NCBI GenBank assembly: GCA_040285855.1
Contig: JAUFOQ010000004.1
Span: 2,728,001-2,792,000 of the forward strand
DNA from: Eukaryota sp. GEM-RC1
Lineage: Eukaryota
Length of the DNA stretch: 64,000 nucleotides
Direction of reading: 5' to 3'
Shown: positions 47,632 through 59,900 of the stretch, piece by piece
How positions within the stretch are numbered: position 1 is the stretch's first letter
How the letters are laid out: every line of letters starts with the position of its first letter
Translations under genes and position numbers: made by a program
The notes under the pieces: model-generated
Told to the model about the DNA's origin: nothing
What the model saw: the letters and a program-made list of their open reading frames with translations, nothing else
Databases searched by the model: none

Positions 47632-50342
47632 CAAAATATTAAAGTACTTGTCCCTATCATTCAAATGAAAACTCAAAATTTTGGCCATTATTAAATTTAA
47701 ATCTTTTAACAACTGACGTTTCAAACTCATATGTGATTGACAGTCTGATGTTGTATCACTTTGGTTCCAGTGCAGTGGTACAATATTGTGGACAATTGTG
47801 AGAACCTTTGTTTCTGTCTGCATTGCAATACTATGAGTATTGTTCAAGTTGTTTTCAAAATCTGTCTGAAGACCAAGAGAATTTGGTAATCTGTTGACAG
47901 ATTCAGTGACCACATGTTGTGCACTATTTCTTGATAATTTCAAACTAGGTAAATTCAAATTGGGTTTGAGAGTATTTCGAGACAATAGATTTGGTCTCAA
48001 TTTAGGCAAAGTAGTGACTGTTGTTTTTTTCAGTTTTGGCACAGGTTTGTTAAAAATTAAATCAGAATTGATGGCACTTACACTTTGATTATTGAGACAC
48101 TCATCGTCATCATTCACAACAAAATCATTCATACTAGACGACGCATCGTCATCATCATCAGTTTCATCATCTCCACTATCACTTCCAGAGACAACAACTT
48201 CATTATCGAATAATTCTAAAACTGAATCAGAAGTGGTATTCAAATTTTGAATTTTTGGAACATCTTCCACCAAATCTTCCTCAATTTCTTCATTGACTGG
48301 ATCAACAACATCAACAGTTTCCATACTTTCACCAACAATAGAAATAATATTGGACGAAAATTCATCAAAAGTTTTCAACACAGAAGGCCAATTTCTAACA
48401 ATTCTTTCATCTTCTAATGGCAAAGGATAAAGAGGTTTAGTAACCGGTCGACAGGGGTGAAAAGTGGAATAATACCACTGATAAAGATCAATTCTTGGTT
48501 TGGGAAATCTAGAAGAAATATCTAAAATTTTAATTGAGTTCCAGTTCTTCACCCTACTCAATGTAACGTACAATTGGGCATATTCCCAAAAATTTAATGA
48601 AACTTCAATTCCTTCAATTGTTAGTCCCTGAGATCTATGGACTGTTATTGCCCAACAAGGACGAAGAGGATATTGCAATCGGGAAGCTATAATTACAGGC
48701 TTTTTCTTCTCATTCAACACCTCAATTTCAAATTTAGTCGGAATAATTTTGATTGGTTCTTCGTCCCTCCCGAATCTTACATTAATGAAATGTGAAGTCT
48801 CTGAAAAATCAATAATTTTGCCTTTTGACCCATTTACTAGGCCCAGATCTGGTTTGTTTTGGGTAAACATTACCAAACCCCCGACGACACAGTGAAATTT
48901 TTGTTCGGCAAAATCGTCCAGCCTACTTGATAATTTTTTTAAATTTAAACCAACAGCCTTTTCCATTTGTTCCTCATTAGGCTTACCAAATGCCCAACTT
49001 TTACCAATTTCTGATTTAATTAAGGTTTCATTGAACTTATCGAGGGAATGAAATTCAACATTTTCATTGCCTTGTTCACATAATATATCAAATTGCTTTA
49101 AATTTTCGTCGGCGACATCCTTGTTTCTAGCAAATAATTTGGTTGGACTTTCAATATTTTTGGCTAGTGACTTATGTTTCAATAAAATATGTTTCATATA
49201 GTCATCAAAAAGTCCGAGACGTATTTCATTCAAAAAATTATAAAAATTGACATCACTTTGTTGTCGGATACTTCCAGATAATTCAATAAAATTTAAATTC
49301 AAGTCCTTCCAAGACTGTGATGAAAACGTAAAGTCTGAAAGTTGAAGAACAGTACGTGTGGTTGAATCAGACTTTACAATTGGTGCAAGTTGCAAAAAAT
49401 CACCATAAATTACCACTTGAAGTCCACCAAATGGTAACTGAGACTTCAGTAAATCTTTAAATATATCTGATGCTCTGTTGAATAATTCAGCAGTCAACAT
49501 TGAAATTTCATCAATTACCAGCATTGAATTTCTGGCAGTAATAGATCTTAAAATAGATTTAACACTCGAAGGCATAGAGCGAATGACATCAGATATTGGT
49601 TTTTCATTACGGATAAAATTATAACCAAAGAGAGAGTGTAGTGTTTGACCACCAAAGACAGTTGAAGCAACACCAGTAGTAGCAGTAAAAAAGACATGGC
49701 CACCTGGTCTCATTATCTTGGAACCCGCATTAAACCACCACTGTTTAAGACAGTACAGTAGGTAAGACTTGCCCGATCCGGCACCACCAGTAATGAAGAA
49801 ATTTCGACGCTTAGAAGGTCTAGCATGAGTAATAGCTTGGAAGACGTGAGCCTGTTCGTCTGTAAGTGTGTTGATAATGGACATTGAGTGTGTGAAGTGG
49901 TGATGTTTAAGATGCAGATTGTGCAGGGAAACTTTCCTTTCATTATAATTTATATATCTACCTCAACTGTATGGAATATGCTGGTTCTTAGCTGATTCTT
50001 AGCAGCTTATTCTATCATCATCAGCTTTCTATCGTCCCATTTGTCAAATTACATGTCTTTGTAAAACGTGATGTTGGTGTTGGGATCGATCTTGATGAAA
50101 TAGAGCAATGTATCGTGTCCGTGGACTACTTTCGAGCACTTCAACACATATCCGAGTCTTTTAAAGTCACCCCCTTGATCTTACAAATCAAACATGAGAT
50201 CTCTCTCCTAGCACTCGTTGATGCCATTCTATCTGAAGACAAGGTACCTTCTGCTTCTGTTTCACTAAATCCAAGGTAATTCCTCATCCTCCCTCCACTG
50301 CTGATGTTCCTCGTAGAAGTAGGACACCCCGATTTGTGTTCT

Positions 50343-51146
50343 CTATATGTCGAATGTAATCTCCTTATTGCTATTTGTTATAAAATACAACTGTTCTTTA
50401 TACTTAAGCAATGAATCAATGAAACTCACAAACTCCTTGTCACAATCTGCATCACATTCACAAATCTCATTCACATCAAACAAGTTGAACAACGAAAACA
50501 CCCTTTTAACAACAACGGACATTTCAATAAACTCCTCATCTTGACTGTTCTCACACATAAGAATTAGATCTGTCAATGGTTCAGAACATCCTGTAAACTG
50601 TTGGAATACTTCAGTAAGTAACAATTCCCTACATTCATCACCATTCAAGGATAGTACCAAAACTGTCAATACTTTAACTAGACACTGCCGATCACTAATA
50701 CTCCAAAGAAATTCGGAAATATCATTGAGAAACAATATTCTTGCACACTTTGTGATCAACAACGTGTTATACATTGCTTGTAAAGAATTTGCAGGTACAA
50801 ATAACAGGTCAGAAAAACAATTTAGCATTCCCTCAATATCTACACTACTACAACAACAACAAACAATATTGAATACCACGTTCCACAATGGAATCGACGG
50901 CATTGTCTTACATTTCGCTAGTATATGTGAGCAGATTGAAAGTAAAGGAGATAAAGAAGTTAAGTCATCTTCAGGATTTGGATGAAAGCTCATACGATGT
51001 ATGTGAGACAAAAGTGATGTCAATTTGTCAAGAGAGTTAAGTTCTCCTATAGCCATGCATTTGATACATCCACATGCTTGTATCTGTTGAATGAGAGATG
51101 TTTCAAAGAATGTTGCCAAACAATCTTGTAAGATATTGTTGGTCAT
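50343..51146 (-). CDS. Hypothetical protein
   Basis: 267-codon ORF in AT-rich DNA with no recognisable motif. Confidence 0.45.
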   Translation of the reverse strand: MTNNILQDCLATFFETSLIQQIQACGCIKCMAIGELNSLDKLTSLLSHIHRMSFHPNPEDDLTSLSPLLSICSHILAKCKTMPSIPLWNVVFNIVCCCCSSVDIEGMLNCFSDLLFVPANSLQAMYNTLLITKCARILFLNDISEFLWSISDRQCLVKVLTVLVLSLNGDECRELLLTEVFQQFTGCSEPLTDLILMCENSQDEEFIEMSVVVKRVFSLFNLFDVNEICECDADCDKEFVSFIDSLLKYKEQLYFITNSNKEITFDI

Positions 51147-51188
51147 TGAATTGATAGTGAAGGAAAATATTTTTCCGGCAAAAATCCA

Positions 51189-51716
51189 ATGTCAGTTGTA
51201 TGTCTTTATTCACTCTCATTTCAGTCTTCTGATGATGCTACGTCCATGTCTGTCACTTACAACAAGAAACTACGCTCTAATGCTTTCCGAAGAAAGAATA
51301 TGAACAAGCACCAGGATGTCTATAACGTCTTTAGTTATACATCCAAAAAGGTGGATGATAAAAGTGTTCAGCTCGGTCCCAATGGGGACTATATCCTAAT
51401 TTCACGACCTCGTGATAATTCAACTGATGGACTTTCTATAAGTACCAACAATGATGAATTCCTCTCAGACTTGGTACAATCTAAGGAAGACTTTTTTGAG
51501 AATATTGTTCACTTTATTAATTCTAGAACTCAATATTTAGCTTCACAAGGCGCAAAAGTACCAGACATTCCTTCACGTTTTAAGAAAGTGTATGGTATGA
51601 ATGCTGCAGAAAACCAAGATCTTTCTGAGTTTTATTCAATTGCTCCTAATGTTATTCATGAAAGAACTCATATTGTTAAGAAAAGAACAAGAACCTCAAA
51701 GAAGCCAATGTTGTGA
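51189..51716 (+). CDS. Hypothetical protein, possibly continuing by frameshift
   Basis: 175-aa ATG-initiated ORF with no recognisable motif. Confidence 0.4.
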   Translation: MSVVCLYSLSFQSSDDATSMSVTYNKKLRSNAFRRKNMNKHQDVYNVFSYTSKKVDDKSVQLGPNGDYILISRPRDNSTDGLSISTNNDEFLSDLVQSKEDFFENIVHFINSRTQYLASQGAKVPDIPSRFKKVYGMNAAENQDLSEFYSIAPNVIHERTHIVKKRTRTSKKPML

Positions 51717-52115
51717 TCAAAGAAGCCACAACTCCAGAACCTCTCACAAAGTCCTCTCGTAACTCTCCCGTCAGAATCCGCTCCTTCTACTCCTACTGAA
51801 AACAATGAAATTCAATCCTCCCTAGGATCACTTGTTTCCAAGACTTTGGGACAGCAGTGTGGAAAGGAAAAGCCTATCTCAGGCAGCGATAAGAGAAAGA
51901 AGTTAGAGATAAAGAAGTTAAATGTAGGACCTGTTTTGCAGAAACAACTGGCAAGTAGAACAAAATAAAGAAGATGTTGTTTATTGAATGAGATAAGTGT
52001 GCATGGTCTAGTATAGGACTCGAAGATGTGAAGTGAAGCTCTGCACAGTTTCACTTTTCTTTCATACATGAATCCACTGATCTAATTCTAGATATCTGAA
52101 CCTCAACCTAAGAAC

Positions 52116-52581
52116 CAGTTGCTCCCGCCCTTCGTGAAATCACCACCCCAGTAATTGAAAGAGTTCTTCGAATTGCTGGTGATACTGCTCGTGTTTGAAA
52201 AGAATTGATATCATATCTGATCTGAAAAGCTAGCCTCCTCATACACCATATGCGATTTAAAACTCATCTATAGTGCAGTTGCTCCCGCCCTTCGTGAAAT
52301 CACCACCCCAGTAATTGAAAGAGTTCTTCGAATTGCTGGTGATACTGCTCGTGTTTGAAAAGAATTGATATCATATCTGATCTGAAAAGCTAGCCTCCTC
52401 ATACACCATATGCGATTTAAAACTCATCTATAGTGCAGTTGCTCCCGCCCTTCGTGAAATCACCACCCCAGTAATTGAAAGAGTTCTTCGAATTGCTGGT
52501 GATACTGCTCGTGTTTGAAAAGAATTGATATCATATCTGATCTGAAAAGCTAGCCTCCTCATACACCATATGCGATTTAAA
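52116..52581. repeat. 160-bp perfect tandem repeat, ~2.9 copies
   Basis: CAGTTGCTCCCGCCCTTCG starts at 52116, 52276 and 52436. Units look identical. Confidence 0.95.
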
Positions 52582-54931
52582 GTTGTTTTTATACATCATT
52601 ATTGTACTTTTCTTTGTTTAGATATCAATAAAGCATCCCGTTCTTCTTTTGTTTCAAGTCTCTCCCTTGTTAACACGAAATCAACATATACGTTCTAGTT
52701 CAATGCATTGTCTATGTTGTGATACACAAGAGCATTGAAAATAACATTGTCCATGTATTAATTAATGAATGATGTCAAGTAAGTAAGTACAAAAATGTTG
52801 TATTTGAAGTGTAGGAGATATCCGAAGACAGAAAAGATGTCTACTATCTGTAGACAAACAAGACAAGACTCCAAAAATGAATACTGCAATTTCACTTTTC
52901 TTCTCTCTTGACATGCGTATGATCCTCAATCTTTCTAACTATAGACTGCGCAATATGAAAAGAAATTTTTCACTATGGTAAGTGCTTACCTAAAAGCTGA
53001 AGTAGTGAGGTGTGACGCCGTTCCCCAGGTTGTCATCCAACATTTTTACCCAGTTGTCTCCCGCTTGGACAAATGGCAATGAAGGTGTTCGGTTGGCAAT
53101 CTATGGTTCATCCGTCGTTACACTCGCTACTTACTACCTAAGTCATAAGCGTGTGATTCCCTTCACACAAATTACCTACTATGACCATGGCCGTGTTCTA
53201 CTCTTGAAGATTGACCTCTGAGAAGTTTAAGACAATGTCTTGTGACTTGTATTGGCCATACTGTATAACTTTCTTCGTTCCATCCGTTTCATTTCTCTCT
53301 GCTCTTCTTCCACTGAATTGCTTGTGACACAAGCAATAGACGAAAAAGTTGTTGTGTTAGCAAACTAAATGTAGCAGCATCTAAACAACTCAAAGTCACT
53401 TCTATCGTCTTCTCCATATGAAACAAACAGAATGATGACGATATTGCTCACTAACCCATGGACACAACGTCTTCCTCTTGTCGTCTGATTTCGCTTTCCC
53501 CTGCTTGGTCAGTTCATGATGACGATGAGATGAAGATTTGTAACATGGGGTGTTGTGTTCTCCTACCAACTATGATCGATGCAAAGATAATCAGAGCTTC
53601 TTCGCCCTTATCACGTAATGATCAGCCATTACGAATACGAAAAGAGCCAAGCCATTACGAAAACAGATCCTATGTTATCGTCTATGCTTCTTCTGTGATG
53701 ATACTCACTCCTACAGTTATCTCTGATGTATTTGCTGTAATGTGTTCTTTATAGCTGGCTATTCTTTGTTTACAGAAACAATTAAAACATCTTGAACAAT
53801 AGCTTGGTGGTATATCTTCGTTCCTCTGTACAATTCAGAAGTAGAGTAGATCAACAGATGTAAATGGTCTTTATGTATGTCATATACATCACCTCTTCAA
53901 ATCCTGCCACCCCCGCTTCTTTGGTAACAAAATTCGTTGGCGAGAAACAGATAATGTGACTTTTAATATCAATTAAGTTGGGGGAGATATCCAGATCAAT
54001 CACTGTCCTGTTTATAGTGTCAACCAAGACACTCATCATTCGAACATACGAAGGATCACTAAAAAATCAATTCAATGGAACTAGATTAAACTACTGGTCT
54101 AAAATTGTTTTCGACAATACAGATTAATTATTATTTCATAGTTTTGTATGAAGGTATATTAAACAATGTTTGCTCTTCATGACCAATTGTGTGGAAATGT
54201 TGTTTAAAAAAATTGGTGTTTCGGTCAAAGTGTTCTGATATGTATTTAAACAAAGGTATGAATCCAAAAGAATTGTTGCGATTGATCCTAATCAATATGA
54301 TGTATTGTGTTTGTTTAAAATCTAAGGATTGTTGATTCATTTTTATCATTTGTATCATTTGTCAGATTTGTATGAAAGGCAGCTGCTTGATACGATTCCG
54401 TTCTCGAATTTCTCGGTGATAGATTTCAACATTTCTTTATGCTTAATATCCATCAATGACATCATGCTTCTCGACGGTCAAACACAAGCATTGCAGGATC
54501 CCGGTATTGAACATCACATCCATCAGTAAAGAAAAATATTTTTACTTTACTCAATGCTTTACATACCCAGTTGACTCAAGACTCGTCTCAATCTATTACT
54601 GAATCAGTCATTGACATTTCTGAGAATGAAGACCAAGTGGTAGGGTTGTTCTATGTTATATTGGAAAGTATCGGTATCAAAACAACAAACCAATTCTATC
54701 AAGTTCGTTGTTCAGAAATATATTCTTTTCCATTTAATTAATACATACATATTTCATCTTTAATTAGCTTTCGTAACAATACCGTTTTCCGACCAAAACT
54801 TTTTAGGGTTTAAATGTAACAATGACGAAAGTGAACATTATTTAAAAATAAAAAAAAATACATGTGTGTTTTCGAACATTCATTCATTGTACATTGTACT
54901 ACTAGTAGTAGTTTGGTTTATAATCTTCATC

Positions 54932-55747
54932 ATGTCTAAACGAACTTCTTCTCGTTCACGACGTTTCAAATTATCATCTCTTGAAGATCCTTCTTCTGAC
55001 GAAGATTTTCTTACTGATCAGGCGGATCATTGTGAACCTTCATCTATACAAACTTTAACTGATGATGCCAAACGAAAAGAATAGGCCTTTTGGTATCAAG
55101 AGTTCAGTCTATACCTTCTGAAATTCCAGCTGTTCTTCTTTTTACCAACGAGAGGGGAAGTTCTCCAATTTTCGAACTTCCCAGGTGCTGCTCAAGATAT
55201 TCTTAAGAATCCATGGGTTTGTATTGACCAGGGTCCTCTTCTTAAACGACATATACGAACACTTCCCCGACTTCTTCCCTTGGATGTTCCAATTCTTGAA
55301 CACTCAAGGTCCACGTATGAGTATTGTAGATTATCCCCTCAACACTTCCCTAATGCAAACTACCATCTGTTTTTAAAATGTTCTTCTGTTGCTCATAGTG
55401 GTTTAGGTGTCTTTGCTGACGAAACTATTCCACGTGATAAGGTTGTTCTATTTTATATTGGAAAGTATCGGTATCAAAACAACAAACCGATTCACCCTTT
55501 GTTCATTGAGAATGCTTGGATGTTGACTGATGGAACAGTAATTGATGCAGAAGAAGACAATTTCAGTTTTGGTGTTGCCAAGTATGTGAATACCAATGAA
55601 CGTGATTTATTAAATTTAAGAGCGGACGAACATCCTTGTCTAGATCATAATATGGGTGTTCGTTATATTTCTAAAAGACGTATCCGAAAAGGTGAAGAAT
55701 TATTCATTTCTTATGGTGTTGACTTTCCTTTCGTTGTTCAGAAATAA
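54932..55747 (+). CDS. SET-domain protein (lysine methyltransferase-like), N-terminal part interrupted by TAG at 55082
   Basis: SSVAHSGLGVFA..IP....LFYIG, AKYVN, RRIRKGEELFISYG. The basic N-terminus MSKRTSSRSRR is in the same frame. Confidence 0.8.
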
Positions 55748-55772
55748 ATTCTCTTACAATAAAAACTGATGT

Positions 55773-55960
55773 TTTGACCCAATATGAGGCGGAATCCCCT
55801 GCTTGGATTCTATCTCCGTTGAGTCGATATATGGATAGCTTTTTCTCCTCTCCCGTTGATGTCATGCTGCCACCTTGTTGTTTGTATTTGACCCAATATG
55901 AGGCGGAATCCCCTGCTTGGATTCTATCTCCGTTGAGTCGATATATGGATAGCTTTTTCT
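55773..55960 (+). repeat. 74-bp direct repeat (55773-55846, 55887-55960)
   Basis: TTTGACCCAATATGAGGCGG...GGATAGCTTTTTCT occurs twice. Confidence 0.92.
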
Positions 55961-56975
55961 ATGTTGTGAAAACACTTCCATCTCTGCTGTTGTATGTACT
56001 CTACTTCTATTCATGTGTTATCCCTTCCCATCCTCCGTTCCCAAAAGACCTCACCGCCGACGGTGACATTGAGTCCAATCCCGGACCGTTGTCCAAAGAC
56101 TCCCTAGAGTATCTGAATCCTGGCCAATGGATTTTGAACCCCATTGTTGATAAATTCAGAGAAAAAATGCCAAGTTTCACGATACGTTATTCAAACGTCC
56201 CGAAATCTCAGACTCCAAGTGATTGTGGAATTTATGTCATTGCATATGTTCAAAAGTAAGTTCCTGCTAACCAAACGCCAATTGCACCAACTTCCTCCAA
56301 TTTATTTTCAATTGTGTCACAAATTTATTCAGTGTTGTCAAACTGTGAAACCAGAAATATAGAATTTATTCCATCAAATATCAAACATACTCTAACTGAC
56401 TCTGGTTTTTGTGTTCTCGAATACATTGAACTTCTAATGAATTTACATCAATCTGTGGTCATAAGGTGGACTGATGTTAAAGAACTGCTGGGTAATACCA
56501 CTATTGCTGTTCACGAGTCTCGAAGTAAAATTTTGGAACATTTTGAAACTTTTAGTCCTGTTGATTTGTCGCATGTGCCAAAAATGCCAGCCGTCCCTCC
56601 AAAACGTTTGTCCAGTTCAAGTGTTTCAACCGGTGCCACTCCTCAAACTAAAGTTTCTGCCATTAACTCATTGCCACCGACTGTATCAAAACCTGTTCCT
56701 GTGTCTCTCACAGGTTTGCGTCTAGCTAGCACTAAAGCATCCACTGGTTTAAGCACCAAAAGAGTAAACCCAAACTTGCATCACCAAGAGGTTCACCTCT
56801 AATCAAACAAAAGGAAGCCAGAACAACCAACTCCCTTGTATCAACTGGTTGGTACCACTCCTCCAACTAACATTTCTGTGACCACCGTATCTGAACCCGT
56901 TCCTACTTCTCCAACTCCTAAACCATCAATTACAGAACAAGAACCCAATCAATCACAAAAGTTGAGATAAATAGT
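55831..56975 (+). pseudogene. Polyprotein N-terminal region: 2A-like peptide, Ulp1/C48-protease-like remnants, Pro/Thr linker
   Basis: KDLTADGDIESNPGP at 56044-56088, LEYLNPGQWI...IVD, VP..Q.PSDCGIYVIAY, and a second DSGFCVLEYI. One frame throughout, with TAA at 56257 and 56800. Confidence 0.6.
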
Positions 56976-59900
56976 GTGATCACAGATCCTGAACGTTTGA
57001 ATCTTAAAGTCGTTCGAACTAAACAGGAGCCAGAAGTAGACCAAGAGATTGAATCAACTTCAGAAGGTATTCCACAAATTCAGGATACTACTTTTGAAAT
57101 TCAACGTGATCCAGATTTAGACCCAATTGTGTCAATATCTCTTCAGTTTACCCATGATAAATTTGCGAATGAAACTCACCTATTCACCCATAATGTTTCA
57201 GAAATTTCACTTCCTAATTGTGTAGTTCACACGTTTACAACTGAAAAATCAATGTTAACAAATTTCATTACATTTTTAAATCTTAACAAGCCCAGTTTGA
57301 TAATAAGTTATGATCGGCATTTAGATACTTTTCCGTTTTTAGTATCACGATGTAAAAAATTAGAAATTGACATTGATTATACAATTGATGATTACATTTC
57401 TTCTCTTCCATCTTGGTTCCATAGATGGTACAAACCAACGGAAATTGGTCCTTTTTATTCCCTTGACTTGAATTCAGTATTGAAGAAGTTGTATGTCTTT
57501 AGAAGAGGTAGGTTTTTGGAAAACGTGACAACAATTATGATGGACATGAATAATCATTCAAGAACATTTGAAAGTTTTGACAATGAAAATATCTTCCTTA
57601 AGAGAATATTTCACTCTTTAGACAATCCTCTAGTGTCAGATGAAGAAATTAAGGTTAAAACTGATGAACGTCAAAACAAAGCGCCATCTGTGAAACTAAA
57701 ACCCAAGGCTGTTATGGAGATTCGATTGTTAGCAGAATTAACAAAACTTAATGAACTTTGGGAATCTAAAACTTCGAGAGACACTTCGAGAGCCACTTTG
57801 TTATTGAACTCAATCAATAAGTTGTTTCTAATACAATACATTCTCTTTGATCTTCTCGATGAAAAGAAGCAAAAATTAAGAGAACGACCACCAATGAAGA
57901 CAGTGAAGAAACGATTAGATAATGTTGTATCAAAGACTAAAGCCAATTGGATGGAGTCTTTTGCTAAGAGAGCTCATCAGGTCAGAGTTCGTGGTACTCA
58001 TATGTTGAAACATTTTTTCGTTACTAAGTTTCACAACTCTCTAATTTTCGACAAGGTCAAAGAGATACTACCTCCATCTGACTACATTTTCACTGTTAAA
58101 GAAGAAATTGAAACAGACACTGAAGTTTCAGACACTGAACAAACAGAAGTTTTAAGTGAAGAGTTTGTGCCTCAACAATTAGAAGAAGAAACTGAATTGT
58201 CTGTATCTTCAGACCCTCATTTTGTTTGCGATCGTACAATTAGATTTGAAATTTTAGATGAAGACGGTGCAATTTTAGATGAAGACAGTATTGAAAATGA
58301 AACTGGTGAACCTGAACTTGACCTTTTACTAAAATTCAAACTACCAAATTTGGACTACCAGACTGGGGAGCTTACTTTAAGTTGACTCCAATGGGACAAC
58401 TGTTGGCCATGATGTGGATTCCAAATCACCAATTTTTCAACAGTACTGATCATATTAAAACTGTGGAAAACTCTTTAAAAAACATCATTTCTAATGTTAA
58501 AACAACAACTACAAAGAAGGAGTTCGCCCAACACTTCCTATCAAACTACATCCCTCTGTTAGAAACTGCTGGTGAAATGGTTGGTAAAGATAGGATCGTG
58601 TTTCCAAGTGGATTATATTTGTCTAATCCTCTCGGTTACGTTGCAACCGAAATAATTACCAATTATAAGAACAACATGAGTCAACACTTCCATGAGTATG
58701 TTTTTCAAGTCTTTAACTTGGTTACTCAAAAGAAAGAGAGAATGGAAGCTCTTACTGACAAAACTCAAAGACAAGAACTCTGTCAAAGGATTAATGAAGT
58801 TAGAGAATTGATCATTAATGGTGAAATTTCTAAAATTAATTTTGATGACAAGCAAGTTTTTACCAATCCGGAATCTCACTTGAGTATACTCTTCTTCAAT
58901 TATTTGTTTAATTATTTTGAAGGAAAGATGGAGAAAACGATCTATTATGCTGAAAAGAGTGATCCGTTATACTTTTTAAGTCATGCACTGTATTTGAACC
59001 GTCTCATTGAAGACTATTGTCCTGGTGTAAGAGCAAACAATCCTTTCCCATTGTCTAAATCTTTAATTCCAAATCATATCAGGTTCGATACACAATGGTT
59101 CCACAAATTATTTCGTAGTGATCTTCCCTATAACTATAATGAAGTACGGAAACTTATTTGGGATTCAGTATTAAAACCTCAGGCTATTCCAGAGTCATTA
59201 TCCTATGACTTTAAATACACTTCAATTTCGTCAGACGGTTTAAGTTGTAGTTTATTAATGATGCGGAAAGATTTACTTTATGAAAATGGAAATACTCGTG
59301 AAAATGTTACAGCAGTTAATCTTGCTTCAAATGAGCGTTATATTGATTCCTTAAGTGAAGATGAAATTGAAGAACTGAATTTAAAATCTAAGAGAATTGT
59401 TGCTTTTGACCCCAACCAATATGATCTCATGTATTGTGCAAGTTTAAAAACTGATGAGGAAGAGGCGTGCGAGAAATTTGAAGTTGATGAAACAAAACAA
59501 TTGATAAAAAATGGTATGACTAATGCTTGTGTTACAGAAGTTGATCTTGCTTCCAATGAACAATCTATTGATTCGTCAGTTGAGAAGGATGATTCCTCAG
59601 GTGAGAAGGAAATTGAGCCCAAGCCAGTTACCCTAGTTAGAAAAAGAAAGATTGCTCCATTGTCTTCTAAAAAAAGGGGAAGTTTGAAAAAATGAAAAAA
59701 CAATTAAATGATTGGAAGCAAGACACTAACCCACAACCTGTAAAGTGGAAAAATCGTGACAAATGGAAGGTGTTCCGATACACTGCTGGGGAGAGAAAGG
59801 CAGATATTAACAAATCTAGATGGAAACCAAGAAAAAAATCAGCCATCACAGTTCCAAAAGTATTGACAAAGAAAGAAAAAAAGAAAAAAAGCCAAAAAGG

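Larger units (their letters stand above)
44888..49884 (-). pseudogene. PIF1: Pif1-family SF1B DNA helicase. Main ORF 47629-49884; last ~64 codons (44888-45082) displaced by the hAT insertion
   Basis: TGGAGSGKS, TGVAS..GGQTLHS, IDEISM, PFGGLQVVIYGDFLQLAPI, RQ, QYPL..WAITVHRSQGLT, QLYVTLSR. Removing the element and one TSD gives ...YFNIL|SLTNTFVV... in frame. Confidence 0.9.

Noticed and set aside
47629..49884. Helitron call for the Pif1 gene
   Set aside because: No Rep/HUH motifs or Helitron termini identified.
56256..56331. GTAAGT...GCTAAC as an intron removing the TAA at 56257
   Set aside because: No AG closely follows the branch-like motif, unlike the Arf intron, and the frame continues without splicing.
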